Assembly (NCBI GenBank): GCA_905178155.1
Contig: CAJINV010000004.1
Span: 218,969 to 282,968, forward strand
Direction: 5' to 3'
DNA from: Amoebophrya sp. A120
Taxonomy: Eukaryota > Protista > Dinoflagellata
Length of the DNA stretch: 64,000 nt
The notes under the pieces were generated by a model. It had not been told where the DNA came from, made no database searches, and saw only the letters and a list, made by a program, of their open reading frames with translations. A program made the translations under genes and the position numbers. Positions 44,266-56,700 of this stretch are shown piece by piece. The stretch's first letter is position 1. Every line of letters begins with the position of its first letter.

Positions 44266-46400
44266 GCTTATTTCTTCGCGTTGCATTTTGGGCGGAAAAT
44301 GGCTAGGAAGATACAAACGGGGCTGACACCTCCACGCACTTTTTCACTCCATTGGACGCGCGCGCTGCAGCCAGTTGTCCTCCGGTATGCCAGCAGCTGC
44401 CGGGGCTTGTTTTGTTTGGCAGCGTAGACGGCTATGGCAAAGCGCCAGAGGGTGAAGATCCCCCAGGTGGCCCGTCTCGTGCCGGCGCAATACTCGCAGG
44501 AAAGGCCGGCGCGGGGGCGGGGCGTTGATCTGGCCAGCTGTGGCCCGCTCAGTTTTCCCCCCGGGCCCGCTTTCTCGCTCCAGAACGTTCTGCTTCGGTG
44601 TCTGGCAGCTGTTACCGATTGGCGCCGCCCCCACTGGGGGCGGAAGTAAGTGCGACAGCGAGGTGCTCAGTCCGCTACGTTGGCTTGTTGGCTTTTCTGT
44701 CTGGCCTGCTTTGGAAGCCGTGCTAGTCGGTTTTGGTGGCTGCCATGCCTGGGCGCCACGCCGCAGCTTTTTCGTTCGGCCGCCCTGCCTCTTGTTGCAA
44801 TAATATCTCTAAAGCCCAGCGCGTCGGCTGCTGCTGCAAAGAAAAAAGAATGCGCCCGGGGATGAAAGCTTTTACGCCCTCCCCCAAGCGTCGACAATTC
44901 AGCCGGCGCGCGGGGCTTTTGTTCTGCCCAGCGCTGCGCCCCTTTCGTCTTTTTTTTTGTGCTGAAGGGCCGGAAGGGTTTTGGTTGTGCCTCGCGTGGG
45001 TTTTCTGCCTGGCGTGCGGAGTTTTGCTGGTTTGGCGGGCAGGCACCTCGACCCGTTTTCCCATCGAAGAAACCGCACGCGCCCCCAGCGTTTGCGAAAT
45101 CCCCCGGCGCCAGCCTTCCCGGCCGCTCAGAGAGGGGCGGCGGGGGCTGTATCGGCCAGGCGCCGCCATGTTCTGGCTGTGTGTCGTGCCCCTGCAAAGT
45201 TATTGCCCTGCCGGCCCTCGCCTGCAAGTTTGGTAGGTCATGACCTGGCCTGCTATTAGGCGCCCCGGCGAAGTTGGCGCCGAAACTTACAAACGGGCGG
45301 CACGCCCTCGCGGGTTTTGTCGCCAAATGGCGCCACGTTGCTCCGTCCGGTCGCAGCCCCCCAGGTGTTTCTCTCTCGGCCTGTGCTAGGTATGGGCCGG
45401 CGTGGTCTGACCTCGGGGTGTTTTGGATGTCGGCTTTGCGAGGTGGAGGAGGGTCGCGAGCACATTGCAAATGCTGGCGCCCTTCCCCATAGCTCCGACG
45501 AGTATGACGGCAAAAAAAGTTGCAGCCGGCAGGCCCGGGGCGCGCAAACGGTGAGGGCGCAGTGGCTTCAGAACGCGGCGCGCCCGCGGGAACCTCGGCA
45601 AAGCCGGGGCCCCCGCCCCCATCCATGCCCACGCCGTAGGCCCTATCGAAGATCTACTCTGCGGGCCCTGACGCGGTCGCCCAAGTTCACAAGCCGAACC
45701 GAGCGCGCTCCTGCGACCCACCAGAGCACGGCGGCGCCGCCCGGATCAGTTGGGCGCGAGCGGCCGGGCTGTGGTGTATGGCAGTTGCTTGGGCGGCGCC
45801 GGCGGATGCCATGCCCGCCCCGCGGGGAGGGCCCAAAGAAACGGCGCGGCCTATTGCCGGCTCCTTTGTGTGCGTGCGCGCCTGGGGCGCGCGACTTCCG
45901 GCCGGTTCCGATCTGGGCCCGCCCCACCGGCTCGCAAGGCTCAGAGGGGTTAGCCCAGCAGATTCGGCGCGCCCGGCGCCCGCGTAGCTTCTATCGAATA
46001 GTTTCTAAAGCACTGCGGGGCCGGTAGATCCCTGGCGGACGGAGAGGCGCGGAGCAAACGGGTTAGCCGAAAGTCGCTGGATACGGGTCTGGCCCCCGCA
46101 GGCCTTGCGAGCGCAATTTCGGAACTAAGTGACTGCTGGGTGGCAAATCATTTGGAGCCCGGCAGCACACAGCGGGGGCATTTTCCCGGCGTGGCCCGCA
46201 AGTGCTTGGCGCATCTAAGCACGCGCGCGGACGAAGATGCAGGCTGCTGGCTGGGCACTTTCGAACGATTCTTCGACTGGTGTTCTCGCGTGCGCAGGTG
46301 CGCGGTGTGGCTTGGTGTCTTTTTTCCGCGCACACATTCGCAGACGCACGAAGCACATGCCAGCGTCGGGCTTTTTCCGAAGTCGCTGGCCACTCTTTTG

Positions 46401-48797
46401 ATGCGCAGCACCTGGCTAGTGTTCGTGGTTTTGTCCTTTCATAGGCAACTTGAGGAAGACGTATGGCGCGCACGAGCCGACGAGGCCAATGTGTGGGCTA
46501 AAGAATCACCCCAAGACACTCTGAAACCCGGCACAAATGGAGTCTGTGTCTCGTACCGCACTATAGCGGTAAAATTGGCACTCGGCTCCAGAAATCGCGA
46601 AACTTTATGGGCCGCCGAGGGCGGCCGACGACCTAGCTGGATGTGATGCTGCAGTGATAGGACGAGAGCGGCCCTGCCATTTCTGCGTCGCATATGTGGA
46701 GAAGAAGTGAGAGAATGTCCATAGGCTAATCGAGGTAGCTTGTCGCGGTGGTAGCTAGTTGAAAATGTGACATGTGGTCGTAGATGTGATTCCGTACATC
46801 CTGGCTTGTATGTTTCTGCTTTTTGTGTCTTCAGCGCGGACCGGCGTAGCTTCGCCAGGCTCTGCATGTTGGGCGCCCAGGGCGCTGCTGGACCGAGCCG
46901 GGGGACCCCGCGCGCCTGATCATCTGACTGACCGAACATCTCACGCGCTGGCTATTTTAACGCATTTAGCTGGACCGCGACAAGCTTAGCTACTTTATGA
47001 CCCACATTCGCACTAATGAACAAATAGAGACGCGCTCGGAAATAAAGTAGAAAAGGTCGGCGTAGACGACGGGGAAGACGGGGGTGGACGAGCGGGGGCG
47101 GGGGCAGGGGAGATCGCTGGGCTGGGAAGGGGCGGCAAGGTTGTCGAATATTTTTCCGCTATATTGAGTACGAGTGCCATTTTTTCCGCTATACGCGTGT
47201 GCTTCGCCTTATGTGCCGCGTTCAAGGATTGCCTCGGCTTTGTGTACGATAGGAACGCAATTATGCCGGGGGCCCACCCATACAACGATAAAGGAGTGGG
47301 GCCAGAGATTGCGAGCGGTTCGGCGTGGGGTAGCGGTTGGCCCGATGCCAGTGACTATAGCTCCGGAAACCAGGGAACGCATGACTTCGGCGAAAATGGG
47401 CTTCCGCGTGCGGAATTCGACGGAAGGGGACACGATACGCTTGACAAGGAAAGGCTCGAGCACGACGGCACCGACGGAACCGATGGCGCCGACTACTTCG
47501 AGGCCTACTGGAATGCTGGAGATGCCGTCTGCGGAGCGAACCGTGACCAGGATCGGATGGGTAACGAGACCCGGAGCTGTTACTTTTTAGGCCGGGAGAA
47601 CGAGGACTACACAAAGTGGCCCGTGGGCACCGGAACTGCTCAAGGCGGTAGCTGGGCGGATGCGAACAACCCTGCAGCCCCGTGGAACAGCGATCCGGAA
47701 GACGACACGCGCCTCACCTTCAAACACGTGAAACCGGATGGCAAATGTTGCATGGCAAACACGCAGGGGGACTATGAAGCGGAGCTCTACCAGAATCTAT
47801 CAACCGCAGGCCAATGCGTCTGGATCTGCTGGAAAGTTGTCTGCTACCACTTTTACTATGTAACAATGACAGACAGATACAGACAGCAGCGCCCAAATCG
47901 TCGCGATTGTTGATCTTCCTGACGCAGCCCTGCGCTGCGCAGCCAACTGCGTCCTCGGCTGACGAATAGGTATAAGGGCCGCAACATGAACATGCATGAC
48001 AGAGACAACTACGGGCGTGCTGCTCGCGAAGCATGCGCGGTATCTAAGTCGAGCATTGCAACGCGCTGGACCTTCCAGACCCAGACACATTTGCAGCCAA
48101 TAGAAGCCCGGAGAACCCAATTTGGACACTTTGATCATGACCCCGACCTGCCGCAATGCGGCTCGAGACTCGCCTCAACTGTCGCTACTGATTGACAAAG
48201 TGATTCAAGCCAACGAAGACATCGATTTACCCTCAGGACCCACCTTCGGTGCGGGGTCGGACCCCGCACCCAAGGTGAAAGACAACCTGATCACGAGTGC
48301 AAATCGGCGTCGGGGTTGCCACCTAGGCTCCACCATGACTGCTGTATGGTTGCGTCAGGCGGGAAATCGACAAAGACGAAAATGAAAGACGTTGCAACGC
48401 ATAAAAGCGCCGACGCCAATTCTTGCACCCGCCGTCTGCTCGGCGCTTGGCATATTTTCCCAACGCCTGCAGCAAGTTTGTCACTCTGTTCAGGGCAATG
48501 AATTCAGAAGTAGGGCGAAGCTCCCTTAATGTGTCACGCCGTGGAGCACCCCAACTCTTTACCCTTAGGCTAGCAGGACTCTGATTTGCTCTCCCTGAAG
48601 ATGCTTGCGTCCTTTGCTAGATACTATTCGTTGCAAAGAGTTGAAGTTGCGTTGTGACCGTTCCACCTTTGTCAATTTCGGGCCTGGCGCCTCCATATCC
48701 AGCCGACCTAGAAGCCGCGGGCGTGCCAACCGCAATAGCTTCCCTCTACGATGCGGGGTCAGTTTGCTCATATACAGAAGATGATGATGATGAATGA
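46401..48797 (+). CDS. Gene B: complete 4-exon secreted protein (~363 aa) with a PAN/Apple-like Cys motif
   Basis: Exons 46401-46561, 47199-47797, 48108-48344, 48703-48797 total 1092 nt, ATG to TGA with no internal stop. Signal-like MRSTWLVFVVLSF; motif CFALCAAFKDCLGFVYD. Confidence 0.85.
46562..47193. mobile_element. IR introner, family 5
   Basis: TATagcggtaaaattggcactcg ... cgagtgccattttttccgctATA; DR cgcac/cgcgt. Confidence 0.88.
47798..48102. mobile_element. IR introner, family 1
   Basis: DR gaatc/gaagc; right arm ttccagacccagacacatttgcagccaATA. Confidence 0.85.
48345..48697. mobile_element. IR introner, family 2
   Basis: TATggttgcgtcaggcgggaaatcgacaaag ... ctttgtcaatttcgggcctggcgcctccATA. 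Confidence 0.88.
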
Positions 48798-51700
48798 GAG
48801 TTTTAGGGTTCTAGTCCAGTTTAACCCCACCACTCAGTGTGCAGCCTTGTACCCCTCCACAGTTCCGCTGACCTTGTGTGGAGCGCGATTCCGAGGCGCG
48901 CAATTGCGATGGTTGTCTCAGTGGGCGGCAGGGGTGGCGCGTGCAGTCCGTGAAGGCGCCCGCACAAAAAGCAGCAGGTGCATATGTTAAAGCGCTCGAA
49001 GGCCAGCGGCGTCAAAGTCGTCCGGCGCGAACCGTCCGGGGGCCCATTGTTTGGAAGGGTTTGGCTCCTCGGATTTCAGTAGTTTTTTTCATGCTAACGA
49101 CGCGACAGAAACTTTTAGCGATTTTGCTCCACTACATACTACCGCTGAGATTTATTTAACTGTTTATATATTCAACGCCTGCACTGCGACTACGATCGCA
49201 GCTAGGCCCAGCGATCAGCGAGCGTAGCGCCCTAAGTTTTGCGAGTAGTCTATTTGTAAAGATAAGACCGGCGGCAAACGCAGTGCCTTATTGTTGTCAT
49301 CACGTTTTACGACGGAACTTCAAAAGCGGAAGCAGTAGTAGCTCAACTCTCCTCCTAGAAGCATTGCGCAGCGTCGACATCTCGTCGCTGGGCCTGGGGT
49401 ACAGCATGGTATTAGTACGAGTAGGGCGCAGATACCGCTTGCGCCTTTTTCGCTTGATTTAGGTCCGGCGCGATTAATCAAATCGGGCTTCTTCTCGATA
49501 GGGTCGGCCAGACCCTAGCCCCCGAAGCCCCCCTCCCCAAATCGGGGGGCTGGTTATCGCGGGCCCCGAGCTCGAATCGGACAACCGGCACCACGGCGCA
49601 TTTTGCGCCTTGTCTTTTTTTTCCAACCAAAGCGACAGCGCTGGGCGCTGCTTCGCTTCGCTTGGAAGATGCTCCTTCACAGCGACCAAAGCAAACAGCC
49701 CGGACATTCTTGCGCGATTTCTTTTCTGTGTCGGTTTTTCCTGAAAGGGGGGCTCAGGTTCTGTCGCGGTCGGTTTTTCCGAGCGGCAATGAGCCGCAAG
49801 CGAAATAAACATCGCCGCCCGCTTCTGTGCTAGCTATTGCGTTTTTTTCTCCACCGCAAATGCGGCCAGGTCGCCGCCTTCCGGAGAGCAGCACGCAGCG
49901 CAGTTGTTTCGCCGAAGATCATCTATTCCACAGTCAAGCAGCGGAGTGTCACCGCAGCAGATCGCGGAACTACTTCGGCACCGCATGCGGATATTTTTTC
50001 GTGCAGCGGGCCCGCCCCTGCGTCTTTTGAACAGCGCGGCGGCTGTAGTTCCTTTCCTTGAAAGAATGGGCGCGCCCTCTCTACTGCTTTGTTTTCTCGA
50101 TTATCCTCCTGCCTCAGGAAGTACGAAAGGCAGAGAAAGGACCGGCGCGCTTTCGTGTGTGTCTTGCTCCTGGCAAAATGTTGCGTTCGCCTTTTTTCTT
50201 ATCCATCCTTGCGCAGAGTGGCTTCCCAAAAAGACGGCTCAAAAGAGCCGGGAGCTCTGGGCGGAGCGGGTTGGGGAGCTGAGCAGCGTCTAGGGCGCGA
50301 ATTGGGCTCCCGGGCCGCGAGTTGACCGCCCGGCCGGCCGGCACCCCGTGAGGCTAACTTGCGGGCGCGAGTCAACGACGCACTTGTTGCCCCGCTCTTG
50401 ATGTCGGATTTTTGACATCGGACCGCGAGCGGAAGTCGATCGGCTATGTTTTGGGATGGACAGTCGGACGACCGACCGTTGCTCTGCCCTTCCTTCTCGT
50501 TATCGAGAAAGGGGCCCACTGCTCGAAGCTGTGGCCGGCCCCACAGCCTGCTTTTGCTTTACAGGAAGAGCCCAAGGAAAGGCCCAGGCAAATTGTTCAC
50601 TCATGGTTTGTGTTTGGCGCGCATGTTGATGCTTGTGGTAGTCTTCGGCGACCGCAGGGCCTGCGACTGATGTGGTTTTTGCAACGTGCCGGGTATCATA
50701 GAAGGAAGCGAGCGACGCACTTTCGCTCTCGCGTATTAGAACGCCAGTGATCTGCTCTGCAATACAATTCAAGAAAAAAAGGCGATAGACAGCAACTTGT
50801 AAAGCACATGGCACACGAGGCCAGCTGGACTGCCTCAAGCTGTATCAGGTTTGGTTGGAGCGGCCGCCCCGTTCTTTAATTACAGACAAGACGAAGCGCG
50901 TTGGATGCGATGGGCTCGAAGCGTATTGCTGTGGTCGCTCCATTGAAATTGATTTGGAAGCCAAGGCTGCGATGTTGCTTCGATTCATTTGGGCCCCGAA
51001 GAAGAAAACGGCACTGCTGCACGACAAGCAGCGTCGTCTTGGAGCGCCAGGGCTAGTGCATTAGTATAGATCTAGAACAGGCGCGCGCCCGACGGCCCGG
51101 CGACGCGGGGGCGCAAGCGGGGGACGAGCACGAGGGAAAAACCCCCCGCAGGAGAAAGCCCATGGCCCAAAAATCACTTATGTATCACGCCGACAGCGTG
51201 CATGCTGACACCTCAGGCGGATAGCAAAGACAACGCTCACAGGCACCGCGCATAGGACCGACCGAAAATCACGCATAGAAAACGCGGCAAAGCGTGGAGG
51301 GCAGCAGGGGGCGCCGAGCGTGGCCACTGCCCAGGCCTCCACAAACAGGGGGGCCGGAAGGCGTTCCCCGAACCTTTGCGAAGCCCGCCCGGGAGGCTAA
51401 CCACAGGAAACACAGAACGAAGAGGGCACACCGGGGTGGGGCGATTAGAAAGGACGCCGGCGCAAGGTAAAACAAATAGCGCAGCAAGCGGGCGGAGAGG
51501 AAAGGGGGGCGGCGCGGGTGAATGCCCTAAAAACCAAAAGGCCGACAAGGGGAGTAATCGGGCCAAGATCGGAAGGCTTCTGCTCGTTATTTTTAAAATC
51601 GTGCATCGTACGTGATCCAACCACGAAAAGCGTTCCACTTTTCAGGAAAAAGACACCACTTGCCACGAATAAGACACACCCTCCCACGAATCGCAGCCCT

Positions 51701-53750
51701 CCGCCCACGAAAAGCAGAGTCGTTTTCGCCCCAGCAAGGCACAAATAAAGGACCGGGCTGGGGCGAACGTTCATGGTGGCTGGGCGGCGTCCAAACGTTT
51801 TCCGCACACAGGGCGGGCTTCGTTCGGAGCCGGAAAACTCCCTCGCCGCCTTCTCCCCAGAGAGAGTTTGTCCGCGGCAGAAGCTCGAAGAAGGCAGCTT
51901 TTTTAACTTCCCCGGGCCAGGGCCTGGCCTGCCGCGCCGCGGGCCATTCGTGACGCGCCACGAACCACTCGCGGAGTTGGGTCGTGCGCCGAAAGTGCTG
52001 AAAGGACAGAAATCCTTGCAATTTTTGCAACAGCCCAGCAGTTTCTACAAAAATACGTGAAAAATCGAGGCCCGAAGGCCACCCGGGGGCCGGGCAGCGC
52101 GCGGCCGTCTTGCTGCGGCCACGCTGACTTCTCGCGCCATTGATTTTCTCTGCGCCCATGTTTCCACTGGCGGAGGGCGCTGGTAGCCGGCTGCGTCACT
52201 AGTGGTCGGGGGCCCGTTCTGAGTACCCGAAACCCACTAGCAGGATATCTACTAGCGGCCCTATTTCCAATAGCGGTCTTCCTGCTAGTGTAGCGCGCAA
52301 CCCCTCGCCCGGCAGATTTCTTTGAGAGTTGTGACGCCGCGAGCTTACATCTCTCCTGTCGGCTTTTTTTCCCATCTACCGCTAAAAGCGGCCGGCAGTG
52401 TTCAAGCCGCCGCGAGCGTGTTTGCACATCAAAGAAAAGCCTTGACAAGTTTCGGACTGTTTTGGCTGTGTCGGCGCCGAACCCGCCCCGGCGGGCCCTA
52501 CCGATCGCCGCTGGGGGAGCGACGCAGAGTGAAAGAAGAGCCAGTCATGGTGGCGCCTTACCTTCTGAGGCGCCCAGCGCACCGGATTCCGCCAGGTTGG
52601 GGGGCCCCAAGAGTGGCGAAAAAAATGGGCGGCGGGAAAAACAGAGCGAGCCCGCGCGCCAGGGTCCCCATTGTGGTCAGCATTCGAAGGCCGCAAAACC
52701 GGCCGCCACCCATCGTCCAGCCACCATGCCAGCCCAGGCGCAGGACGAAGGCCAGGAGGTGCTGCGCTACTTCGATTGATAGAAAAAGCAAAAAAGGTGG
52801 CGCGGCCCGCCAAAGAGTGAAAATCCATCCGCATGCCACGGGCCCGATTTCGGGTGGGAGCCTATTAGGCCTAATGCCATGGGCCGTCGTTGCTGGGCGC
52901 CCGGGCGGGGCCAGAGCAGGCGGCGAAGGTAGGAAGTTTTTGTCTCCCGAACCCAAGCGGGCGGCAACTTCGGACCGCGGTTTTTAAAGGTCTGAGGAAG
53001 TGAGCCACCGCCGCTGCGGGATGACTGTCGCCGGGTCCGTCTCGCCTTCGATCCGCGCTCCGCTGTTCCTCCGCCCTCACCGGCTGCCCAAGTTCGGCCC
53101 GAAAGGGTCGGCTTCGTTTAGATTCCATCCGGGCCTGGGCCTTATTAGCCTCGTGACTGAGCTCACTCCCCCCGCTGAAGAGGGGGCTGCTATTTGCAAC
53201 TGTGTCCCGTTGAAGCGCTACAAACGTGGAGTGGCACTGTTGCACGGCAGACGGTTGCCTGTTGAGGGTTCGACAGGTTCGCGCTTATCATGTGGAATGC
53301 CGGCCATTCCTTTTCCTATTCCGCACGCCAGGCGTTTTCTTGTCGCAGAAAATTTTCTGAAGAGCGGAAAGACACTGCACTAAAAATCTCGCGCGGCCCT
53401 TCTTGTGTTGGTAGGCAGGCACACGCCCCAGCCAGTAGAGTGAGTTAGCGTGGCGTAAAAAAAATCTCCCTACACCCTATGGCCTCTCATGATCTTAGTT
53501 AGTCAGGAACTGCTATTGTGTAGTGATTGTTCTTTGGCTTTGGGCTCCAGCTCTAGCGTACTATGAAAGCGGATACGTACTAAATTGAAACTCTGCCAGC
53601 GGGAGCGGGAGAATGCAGCATGTTGCTGGTAAATCTAAATATAGTCGAGATTTGCTTTAAGTGGTGAAAAAAATGTAAGTGCCCGCGTCAGGAGCAGCGT
53701 TACCACTGCGCCCGAGGTCCTCGCTAAGCGATTTCTTGTAGTGCTACTGG

Positions 53751-56700
53751 ATGGACCAAAATGGCGCGGCCTTTCTGTCGCTTCGCAGTCTTCGCCGGCA
53801 GGGGCTGCTCCCTCGGAGCCTTATCAAGTGCACTTCTTATGTGGCTGGGCCTGGAACATTGCTAGGTCGTGAGATGATCGTGCGCGGGCACGAGCTCTGG
53901 ATCACACGAAATCTGTGCTGCATGAGCTCCGAGGCTACTACTGAACTCATGTCGCGGGACAAGCAAAGACTTTGAGAACTATAATCCGCCGAAAAGTCAA
54001 TATCTTACGAGAATGCTCCGACGCACAGTAGAGCGCCTGTCCCTGCATGATCCAGAAGTGGAAGCATGAGAAACAAGCGCTCGCACTCTCCCAGCAGAGC
54101 ATCCTGATCCACCAGGAGGCCTAGACCACGTACTAGAAATGCATAAGCGAGCATATGCATTGCAAGCATGTCTCGGTCTGCAAGATCGTGCGTCGTTGTG
54201 ATTCGTCAACTCGTAGACGATACAACTAGGCAGGAATGCACGCAAAAGCATCGCATTTTGTTTGCGAGGGTTCCTTGAGGCGTATCGCACATGAGAAGTT
54301 AGCCTTTTGCGTAGCAAGAGGCCGCCGGCAACTTCTGGCGCTTGTGCGTCGCAGTTACTTCAGTTCAAGCGGCAGTGCTAGAAGTTCAAGAGCCAGACAT
54401 GTTTGCACTTGATGCGGCAGCTTGCTTTACAGCTTCGCGGAAGCCTATCGAGGGAAAAGGTTTGCCAGAGTCACTATTTTCCAGGTAGTTTTGCGTCAGA
54501 AAGATTTCTGGCGTCACAGCTTCTCCTTGTATATATGCAGAATGAAATATAACACCTAGAACGAACCCAGATCGCATCATGAGGCTCAATTGTCAAGACG
54601 CATTTCGATGCATGGCAGGCGTTTTTCTAATATGCAAGACTGGCGAAGCTGATGGATGATTATGGCGAACTATTTTTGCCTGATAGCAACGCCGTGCTGC
54701 AGACGACAGCAGATGCCGATGTGTCTGGCGGTGGTCGAGAGGACGACGATCGCCACGAATTTAATTTCGAAGACGCTGCCAAAATGGAAAGACTGCGAAG
54801 AACTACCGCATCAGGCACCGCATTGCGCAGCCAGGACTTGACAGCACGAAAAAGGAGGGGGCCTCGAGGCGGCTTGGGGCAGCTGCTTGCATGGAAAAGG
54901 CAACTTCGGACGAGGACTTCGTCTGGCACCAGCGGGGACGCGTTCTCGACGAGGGCGAGCTTTTCGGCTGGCGCTCCAGCGCCAGGAGCTCCAAGAACAC
55001 CAGTAGGCGGAGCGAGTTTGCTCCACCTCTTCTCGGAGGACAGCGCTGCCGGCGTATGAAAACCTCACGTGGGAAATCAAATCCTCAAAGTGAAAATAAA
55101 TTTGTAATGCAAAAAAGTCCGCTTGAAGCAACATTTCTAGTCGGCGCATGACAAATTTCTCGGGCACTCCAAACATGTCTGTCGTGCTAGTACAGTCTTT
55201 TACTCTTTGGTGTCGCATTTCATGCGTCACAAATTATTTCCAGTTTTCGAATTTTCATTCTGAGGCCTCCATACAACGGCGCCGCGCCTGATACACGAGT
55301 GCGCGACCAGCTGGAGATCGACGAGGCAATCGCGAGGCGGAGTCCTCGCATGGCAAAGGAGCTGCAGCGGCGCGAGCGAAAAAGGCTAGCGCAGAGGGAG
55401 AAGCGCGTGGCTGTGCTCGGCGGCGATCCTATGGCCATCTCATGGTTGGCCACCGCAATGAGGATGGAGTCGCGGCTATCCTGACGAGAAACGTCGTCGC
55501 CCCAAATTCAGTTTCGGTAAAAATCAATGCGCTAGATCACACACAACTCCAGATGTTTTCGTTAGCGTTTTGGGACTCACGTATGACAAGTTTTTTCTCT
55601 CCTATGCTGGTGCAGTCTGATCCTGTTATAAATAAGGCATGACTACATGCTGCCAAACCTCGACGAGAAATGCTTCTCATGGGGACGAGCGTTGCAAATG
55701 ATGTCCCTCTAGGTGCATGTCTGCAGCTGCACGGCAATGCTGTGGGTCCAGTTTTTCCACAGGATAGCGGCCGCTCAGCCCGCTTGCCGGCCAGCGGCAC
55801 CAGCAGGACAAAGACAGCAAGGCCCTGCTGGCACGTCGCCAGGGCGAGATCGTACCCCCCTACTTGGTATTCGCTGCAAATATTTCCGGGTCTGAAAAAA
55901 AAAGAGCCGCGTGTTTGTCATGCAGCTTGTGGAGCAGCAGCAGAAAGATGGTCTGAAATGCGCACGTAGAATACACAGAAGAGAGGGTAATTTTGTGAAG
56001 GCTTCTCCATACCTGCCCCGTATGAGACACTCGCTCGTTGTGTGACAACAAATGGGCAGCCGCAGCTTAGCTTGACCCTCATGCAATACAGATTTTCACT
56101 GCTCGAGATTTAGGATCACAAGTTAAAACTCTTCCGGACCCAGGAGCCATATTTGCAATGCATAAGTGGACGAGGATTACAAAAACTGGCCCACGCGAAC
56201 AAGAGCCTCCGCGTCGACGGCCGCCGGAGGCAAGTGGAAAGCGAAGCCAAGAAGGCGGCGGGACACGAACTCCCAGCAAAATAAGACGGGCCCTGCTTCG
56301 TCATCGAGAGGCATCAGCCGGAGTCTTCGGCGCGGAGTACGCAGTGTAAAGGAATGTGTCTGGGTCTGCTGGCCGTAAGGACATGGGACATGGTCATGGA
56401 GGATGGGCATGTTCATGGAGCCGAATATGTTCTCTGTGGTCAGTTGTAACTTGAAAACCTGTGAAGTGTGCACAGAAACAATTGCTCTGCTGTAGCCACG
56501 CGAAGAACTACAGGGAGCTTCCTCTGCGGCCTGAGCCACTATCTTGAGACGCCTTCATCTTGAAACCCGTTGTGCTACATTTACATAAAATGTAGCTGCT
56601 GTGCTGCATTTTTATTCGCCCAAAACTTCTCAAAACTTGACTTTTATGGGGCCCTCTGAGAGCTAGTGAGGCTAATGAAGCTCGTGCACGACCCCTGCAG

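Noticed and set aside
44667-46027. Long overlapping ORFs (321 aa minus, 236 aa plus)
   Set aside because: R/P/A/G-rich with no motifs; expected by chance in very GC-rich DNA.
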